Shown: positions 56,419-64,000 of the stretch, in pieces
How positions within the stretch are numbered: position 1 is the stretch's first letter
Layout of the letters: every line of letters starts with the position of its first letter
Source of the DNA: the human T2T-CHM13v2.0 reference genome, Homo sapiens
Assembly (NCBI RefSeq): GCF_009914755.1
Contig: NC_060927.1
DNA length: 64,000 bases
Direction: 5' to 3' (one strand)
Made by a program: the position numbers and the translations under genes
The notes under the pieces: generated by a model
Told to the model about the DNA's origin: nothing
Database searches by the model: none
What the model saw: the letters and a program-made list of their open reading frames with translations, nothing else

Positions 56419-57634
56419 TCTCTGGAATTTGTAAGCCATGAATCTTAGACAGCTCTAACTTTGGAATGTTTAAAATCACTAAGTTTTAACTTCTTTTTTC
56501 CTCTTTATTCATTTAGCCAAAACTCATTTTATATAATTTAAAGTAAATATAATATGCCTTTTGGTTTTAGACAAAAAACAGAAATGACTTTCATGGTATC
56601 AAGAAAGTAACTGATTAACAACTATTGGAACATGAGCTTCCATATTCATTGGAAGCTTTATCATGGGAAGTTAAAATATTGCCTTATATGAAGATTTTAC
56701 GAAAATGGTATAAACAGCGGAAATCACATTTATTGAGTAGCCTGCATGTGCCAGGCACTGAGTGCTTTGCGGTTGAAGCTCAGGAAAGTTAAGTAAATTC
56801 CACAGAAGTGTGGCTGGTGCTGGTGTTTGAACCCAGACCTGTGTGACGACTTCAAAGCCTTTGCTTTCCTGTTAGGCTGTGCTGCTTCCCATTTGCTGAA
56901 GACTGTGGCAAGTATTTTACGTGTTTCATCTTAGGAAGCTGTAACTCCCTAAAGATGTATGCTGAGACACCATGTTCATTTAAATAAGACAAGTCATCAA
57001 TTTTCCTTAAAATAAGAAATATTTAATACAGGCTTTTTTTTCCTTAAGAAATATGTGGAAGAAGAGGAAAATTGTCAATAATTCGATTACAATTTGTTAG
57101 ACCAGTATTAATAGGATTTCTATTATTTAGGAATACTGAGATTTTATCTATGAAGCTGCTATTGTGATATTAATATAATTTTTATATCGTCAACTGTCAG
57201 TTTGATGACTGCTAAGAATTACAGGTTTGTTTGAAGGTTATTTTTGCAAGACAGTGCAACAGATTCTGATATCTTTTGATAATTTACATGCCCTTTTTTC
57301 AAATTATACTTTCAAGATTACATTTAATGGAACAGAACAAGTTGATAACAATTAGGAATATTCACACAATCTTTATTTTGCACAGGAAAATAAGATTGTC
57401 TGGTGAAGGTGGTCAGTTAAACAAACTGTCAGATTATTGAGCAGAGAAAATTCCACTCTTTGTAGCTGCAGGGCAGAGGGGACATTGCCTCCATCTCTTT
57501 CCAAGAATCCCATTTGTTAATTATGAAGGTTTGTATTTTTAGGCCAGGATCTGGAATTCCATTTGTTGGCTGTATAATGGACTTGCAGTATTTTCTTTAA
57601 AGTTTGATACCATGGTACTTCTCTTTGTTTGCAG

Positions 57635-57767
57635 GAGACAGATGCTGAGCCCTTACTGTGACACGCTCAGAAGTAACCCACTGCAGCTAACTTGCAGACA
57701 GGACCAGAGAGCAGTTGCCGTGTGTAATTTGCAGAAGTTCCCTAAGCCTTTACCACAGGAATACCAG
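57635..57767 (+). CDS. LMLN: LMLN coding exon ([44 protein letters not shown])
   Basis: ctctttgtttgcag acceptor, CAG|gtagaa donor, 133 nt. Confidence 0.92.
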
Positions 57768-58219
57768 GTAGAACAGGGCTGGGGCACAGTTTCAGGAATC
57801 AGCTTTTCAAAAGTAGTCTCCATTTTAACTAAAAGAGTAAATTCTCTTAAGATTCTTAATTTATAAGGCCTTGTTTGTTTTCTGTAAGTTAGAAAAAAAT
57901 GGAATAATGCTTCCATTTCTTTAAAACTAATGTCCTAATTGATAGCACTTAGTTAAAATCTAGCAGTGTCTTATAATAATGGCAAGAATAATTTGAATAT
58001 TTGATCTGTTTTTACCTGTTTATGTTTTCTAATTGTTTCCAAAGCCTTGCTATTTAAATTCCTCTAATTTACACAGAAAAAGAAATCTTTAAAGAAAATA
58101 ACTTAAGTACTCCAATCCAGTTAATTAGAAGACTTGGAAACCCTGCTTTGGAAAAGATTTGATTCATGGGATCTGAAAGATTAAGGAAATGGTCCCACAT
58201 ATCTTGTCTGGATCTCTGA

Positions 58220-58687
<468 letters not shown>

Positions 58688-58925
58688 TAAGTTTCTTGTT
58701 GCCAAAGCTATCTTTAAAAAGCCTCAACTTTACCTGCCATTTATAAAGGAACCTTTTGTCAGAAATGATGTCTCAGAAGCTAATTTAAAATAAAGCTGCT
58801 GAATTTTAAGCTTCCTACACATATTTGTGAGCTCACTGAATGCTTCAGATACCATAAAATAGTAACTATATTCATAGGCATAGTGATATAACTCAATAAG
58901 TTGGTGGAAAACGTGACATCTTTAA

Positions 58926-59305
<380 letters not shown>

Positions 59306-59827
59306 TAAAATTAATTTTAAAAAAAAGGAACAATAAAATTTATCTGGTGCCTTGTACCTTTGGTATTCAAAGTATATTATATATATGATCTCATTTATTT
59401 TCTCAGATTTTAATTTTTTCAAGTTTGTCAAAACAACGTATAAACTGCCTCCTAAAAACTCTTGAAAAATTTATTTAAAATGTTGTAACTTTATGCATTA
59501 GTTCTGTGTTTTGTCAGCTCTTAAAACTTCTTTTTGCTCAGTGTAATTAAAACTACATGCTGTTAAAACATTAGTCTAATTTAACATTATGATATATAAC
59601 TTAAGACTCATTTACTTACCTTGCTTATTTGTAAAACTGTAGCAACCTTTAACTACTCCTCTGGTGGTTTATTACTGTGTTCTTTATTTGGTGCCATTGA
59701 TGAAGAAAGGTACATTAGTATCTTGTGTTATGTGGCATTAAAGGGTTGCGAGAAATTGCCTGTGCACTTCCTCAATTTTATACAGAATGTTTCTTACTTT
59801 CTTGTCTTCCCAATATTTTTTCTGCAG

Positions 59828-59987
59828 TACTTTGATGAACTCAGTGGAATACCTGCAGAAGATTTGCCTTATTATGGTGGCTCCGTGGAAATTGCTGACT
59901 ACTGCCCTTTCAGTCAGGAATTCAGTTGGCATTTAAGTGGTGAATATCAGCGCAGCTCAGATTGTAGAATATTGGAAAATCAACCAG
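59828..59987 (+). CDS. LMLN: LMLN coding exon ([53 protein letters not shown])
   Basis: tttttctgcag acceptor, CAG|gttagt donor, 160 nt; GG-x-DYCP motif typical of leishmanolysins. Confidence 0.93.
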
Positions 59988-60047
59988 GTTAGTCGGCTAG
60001 TGAAATGAAGTATTATATACATATTAAAATTATGTATTAGCAATATA

Positions 60048-60240
60048 GAATCGTGGTTAAGGGCACAGACCCTAGAGCAGGACTGTCTGAATTTGCTTTA
60101 TAGTTCAGCTGCTATCCATATGTAAGAAGTGACTTAACTTTTCCCTGCCTGTTTCTTCATCTGTACGATGGAGGCAATACTTAGAGAGTTGTGAGAATTA
60201 AATGAATTAATGTAGTAAGTGCTTACAATTGTGCCTGACC
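60048..60240. mobile_element. MIR SINE
   Basis: gtggttaagggcacagac...tttcttcatctgta...gttgtgagaattaaatga core. Confidence 0.65.
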
Positions 60241-61374
60241 CATCGAAGGGATTATTCGCGTATGCATGCACACACGCTATATTTTGGTCATACCTTCTAG
60301 CTGCACGGCACTTTCCATTTGCAAAGCACTTTCATTCTTAACATTTTATTCTTCTGAAAACATGATGAGAAACATAAGGAAGATATTACTGTATTTCCCA
60401 GATAGGCGGATAGATACTAAGTGATATAGTTAAATTTGTGTCAGTGCAAGATCCTCCAATGCCATCCTCTTTTTATTAAAATACCTCAGATAAGCTGCTT
60501 TTTCCTCTTGTGGGGAATGTGCATTTTATGTAAGATAGAAGCAACATGTCACTCTTCAGATAGCAAAACAATGTTCTTGTCTCATGGCCAGTAAGATATA
60601 CCACCATATTATTTGTTTCTTCTTAATACATATAAATGAACAAGATATCAAAGGAATAAACAGTATGGCAATTGGGTATTCTGCAATAATAGTTACAGCT
60701 CATACTAATTACCTTTGTAAACAGAAATGTTCTCACATCTGATGTAAGAAAGAGCAGTAAGTAGTTTTTCTCTCTGTGTTCATCAGAAGTTTTAACCTAG
60801 TCTCCAAACCCCCACCCCATTCCATACTTTATTACAGACTAAGGCATTTACATTCTAAATTTTTGTATTCTTACCTTTTACTCTTAAACTTGGCAGATGT
60901 AACTGGATTCCTGCAGTCATTTTTCCCCATCATTCATCTATTCAATAAATGTCCTGGCCAGGCGCAGTGGCTCACGCCTGTAATCGCAGCACTTTGGGAG
61001 GCCAAGGCAGGTGAATTGCTTGAGCTCAGAAGTTTGAGGCCAGCTGAGCAACATGGTGAAACCCTGTCTGTATCAAAAATCCAAAAAATTAGCCAGGTGT
61101 GATGGTGCACACCTGTGGTCCCAGCTATGGAGGAGGACGAAGCCAGAGGATTGCTTGAGCAGCCCAGGAGGCGGAGTTTGCAGTGAGTCGAGATCATGCC
61201 CCTGCACTCCAGCCTGGGCAACACAGTGAGACCCCATGTCACATAAAAATAATAAATAAATAAATATCCTAACAACTTATAACCACTCAGCAGTTCCATA
61301 TTAAAGCAAAAGAAATGCACAGATCTGTCAGTTATGGATTTGCCAGAGATGTACTATCACATGTTATTGTTTTA

Positions 61375-61560
61375 GAGCTGGAGCTGGCAAACGTTTTTTG
61401 TTAACGGGGAAAATTATAAATATCTGGGGCTTTGTGGGTCATAAGGTCTCTAGCTTTCTGATTCAGCTCAGCCGTTACCGTCTGAAAGCAGTTACAGACA
61501 GTATGTACGTGAATGAATGTGCCAGGATTTGGCCTGAGGGTTGCAGTTTGCTGAATTCTG
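61375..61560. mobile_element. MER58-like hAT element (a second, Alu-interrupted copy lies at ~55195-55577)
   Basis: ggcaaac...ggctttgtgggtcata...ggatttggcc...gtttgctga. Confidence 0.6.
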
Positions 61561-62190
61561 TTTTATTATTATTATTATTATTATTTTTAGAGACAAGGTC
61601 TCACTCTGTCACCCAAGTTGGAGTGCAGTGGCACCATCATAGCTCACTGTAACCTGTAACTCCTGGGCTCAAGTGATTCTCCTGCCTCAGACTCCCCAGA
61701 GCCAGGACTACAGGCATGCACCTCCACACCTGACTAATTTTTAAAAATTTTTGTAGAGATGAGGCTTGCTATGTTACCCAGACTGGCCTCAAACTCCTGG
61801 CCTCAAGCGGTCCTTCCTCCTTGGCCTCCCAAAGTGTTGAAATTATAGGCTTGAGCCACCACATCCAGCCCTGAACCCCATTTTAGACACTGATCACTAT
61901 AGTTTTGAAAGACTCTGATACTCAAAAGAAGTAAAGAATTCTGTTTTATTCTAATTTGCATTTTTTAGCTTATATAATTCAGATTTATCAAAACTGGCAT
62001 AAAACACTTATCTTTATAATATTTTAAAATGGGCTAATTGAACTCTCTACTTCCCCAAAGACAACTTATTGTAAAGAGTCTAAAGAGAGCAAATTACTGC
62101 TCGGGTTTAAGAGCTTTGTCCCTTTGTCCATTAGAGGCCTTTCATTCCTCTGCAGGTTTGTGCATACTGTGAGATTAGATCAGCATCTTA

Positions 62191-62267
62191 CTAGGTTGGT
62201 GGAAGAGTAATTGTGGTTTTGCCGTTAAAGTAATGCGAAAACCGCAATTACTTCTGCACCAGCCTAA
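62191..62267. mobile_element. MADE1 (Hsmar1-derived MITE)
   Basis: Palindromic taggttggtg...gtaattg...caattac...gcaccagccta, flanked by TA on both sides. Confidence 0.88.
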
Positions 62268-62567
62268 TATTTGTGGACTTCCAGGAGGTGGCACAAGTTG
62301 AAGATATAAGAAAGTTTTCAAATGTTGCAACACCCCCCAAAAGTCTGCATTATATAAATCACTTGGCCTCATCCTATCATGAGTAATTTGGAGGTGCCTC
62401 CTATTTAGACCACCAGTGAAGATGATTTTATCTTGGTGTCTAGTGATCTAACGATTCTTAGTGCTAGTTCTTCTATATATTTAACCTAGAAAACGTTGGG
62501 CCCAGTTTTATTCCCTTGTGTCTGATGCAGTAATTTTCTCCCATTAATTCCTTTATTAAGAACCTAG

Positions 62568-62802
<235 letters not shown>

Positions 62803-63039
62803 TAGCCAGGATGGTCTCCATCTTCTGACCTCGTGATCTGCCCACCTCAGCCTCACAAAACCCTGGGATTACAGGCGTGAGCCACCGTGCCCAGCCTACC
62901 CTAATTTTTTAAATTTAAAATTTCCATGAAACATGTCTGATTTTTAAAGCAACTTTTAATCATAAAAATGGAATGGTTCAGTTTCTTGTTCTTTGAGCCA
63001 AAAGTCAATTTTTAAGGAGACTTTTCTTCTTTGCCTCAG

Positions 63040-63170
63040 AAATTTTTAAGAACTATGGCGCTGAAAAGTATGGACCTCATTCCGTTTGTCTAATTCAGAA
63101 ATCAGCATTCGTTATGGAGAAGTGTGAGAGGAAGCTGAGTTACCCAGACTGGGGAAGCGGATGCTATCAG
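63040..63170 (+). CDS. LMLN: LMLN coding exon ([44 protein letters not shown])
   Basis: ttctttgcctcag acceptor, CAG|gtaagc donor, 131 nt. Confidence 0.92.
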
Positions 63171-64000
63171 GTAAGCTTATGTTTGTTATTAGTTGTGCCA
63201 AATATTATGTGATTTTATCTCTTTTATGGTTTTGTATTTTAAATTATATTTTCATATTTTATGTCATTAATTTACTGATCAATACTGTATCTTGTTTATG
63301 TAAATATTAGTTTGGATGCTTATGTTTTATGAAAATATTGTCATTTCTTTAGAAAAAGTGCCTCTTAAAAATATATATGTAATTACTGTAATGTTACTTC
63401 TGGGCATATATTCTGAGGAAGTAATGGTAAATAGGTAATTTTGTTCTTGAGCAAATATTACTTTGTAATGGAAAACATGTCAATTTTATTTCAAAAGGTC
63501 TGAGGACCTCATGGGTTATAAGAATTAGTAAATCAGGCTGGACGTGGTGGCTCACGCCTGTAATCCCAGCACTTTGGGAGGCTGAGCCAGGAGGATTGCT
63601 TGAGCCCAGGATTCGAGACCATCCTAGGCAACAAAGCGAGACCCTGTCTCCAAAAAATAAAGGAAAAAGAATTAATAAATCAGTTGCTGATTAATAATAG
63701 AGTGTTTTTTCCTTTGTAATTAGAAATCCAAAAAGGGCAAACTACAATTTTTTTTCCTTTTTCTTTTTCTTTTTTTTGAGACAAGGTCTTGCTCTGTCAG
63801 CTAGGCTGGAGTGCTGCTGCAGTCACGGCTCATTATATCCTCTACCTCCTGGGTTCAAGCGACCTTCCCACCTCAGCCTCCTGAGGAGCTGGGACTACAG
63901 TGTGCACCACACACCCGACTAAGTGTTTGATTTTTTGTAGAGAAGAGGTCTCACTATGTTGCCCAGGCTAGATTAGAACTTCGGGGCCCAAGCAATCCTC

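Overview
Primate (very likely human) genomic DNA covering the interior of LMLN (leishmanolysin-like peptidase / invadolysin, M8 zinc metalloprotease) on the + strand. I traced 14 consecutive coding exons by hand (12832-63170, 1548 nt, 516 codons, all GT-AG, phases consistent). They include the HEVIH zinc motif, the third His ligand and the Met-turn. The first and last exons lie outside the window. The introns are packed with Alus, old and young L1 fragments, LTRs (MER11, THE1/MST, MER21, MLT2), DNA transposons and a U6 retropseudogene, plus three large minisatellites (52, 52 and 37 bp units). Most notable: the 16 kb intron after a skippable in-frame 111-nt exon holds about 29 copies of a GTAAGT donor-like motif near its 5' end and about 93 copies of a branch-point/pyrimidine-tract/CAG acceptor-like module toward its 3' end. 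Also seen: a ~225 bp inverted templated insertion inside an Alu, a twin-primed L1 and a spacerless head-to-head Alu fusion. There is no prokaryotic-type system. Functional ideas are hypotheses, repeat family names come from recall of consensus sequences, and repeat boundaries are approximate.
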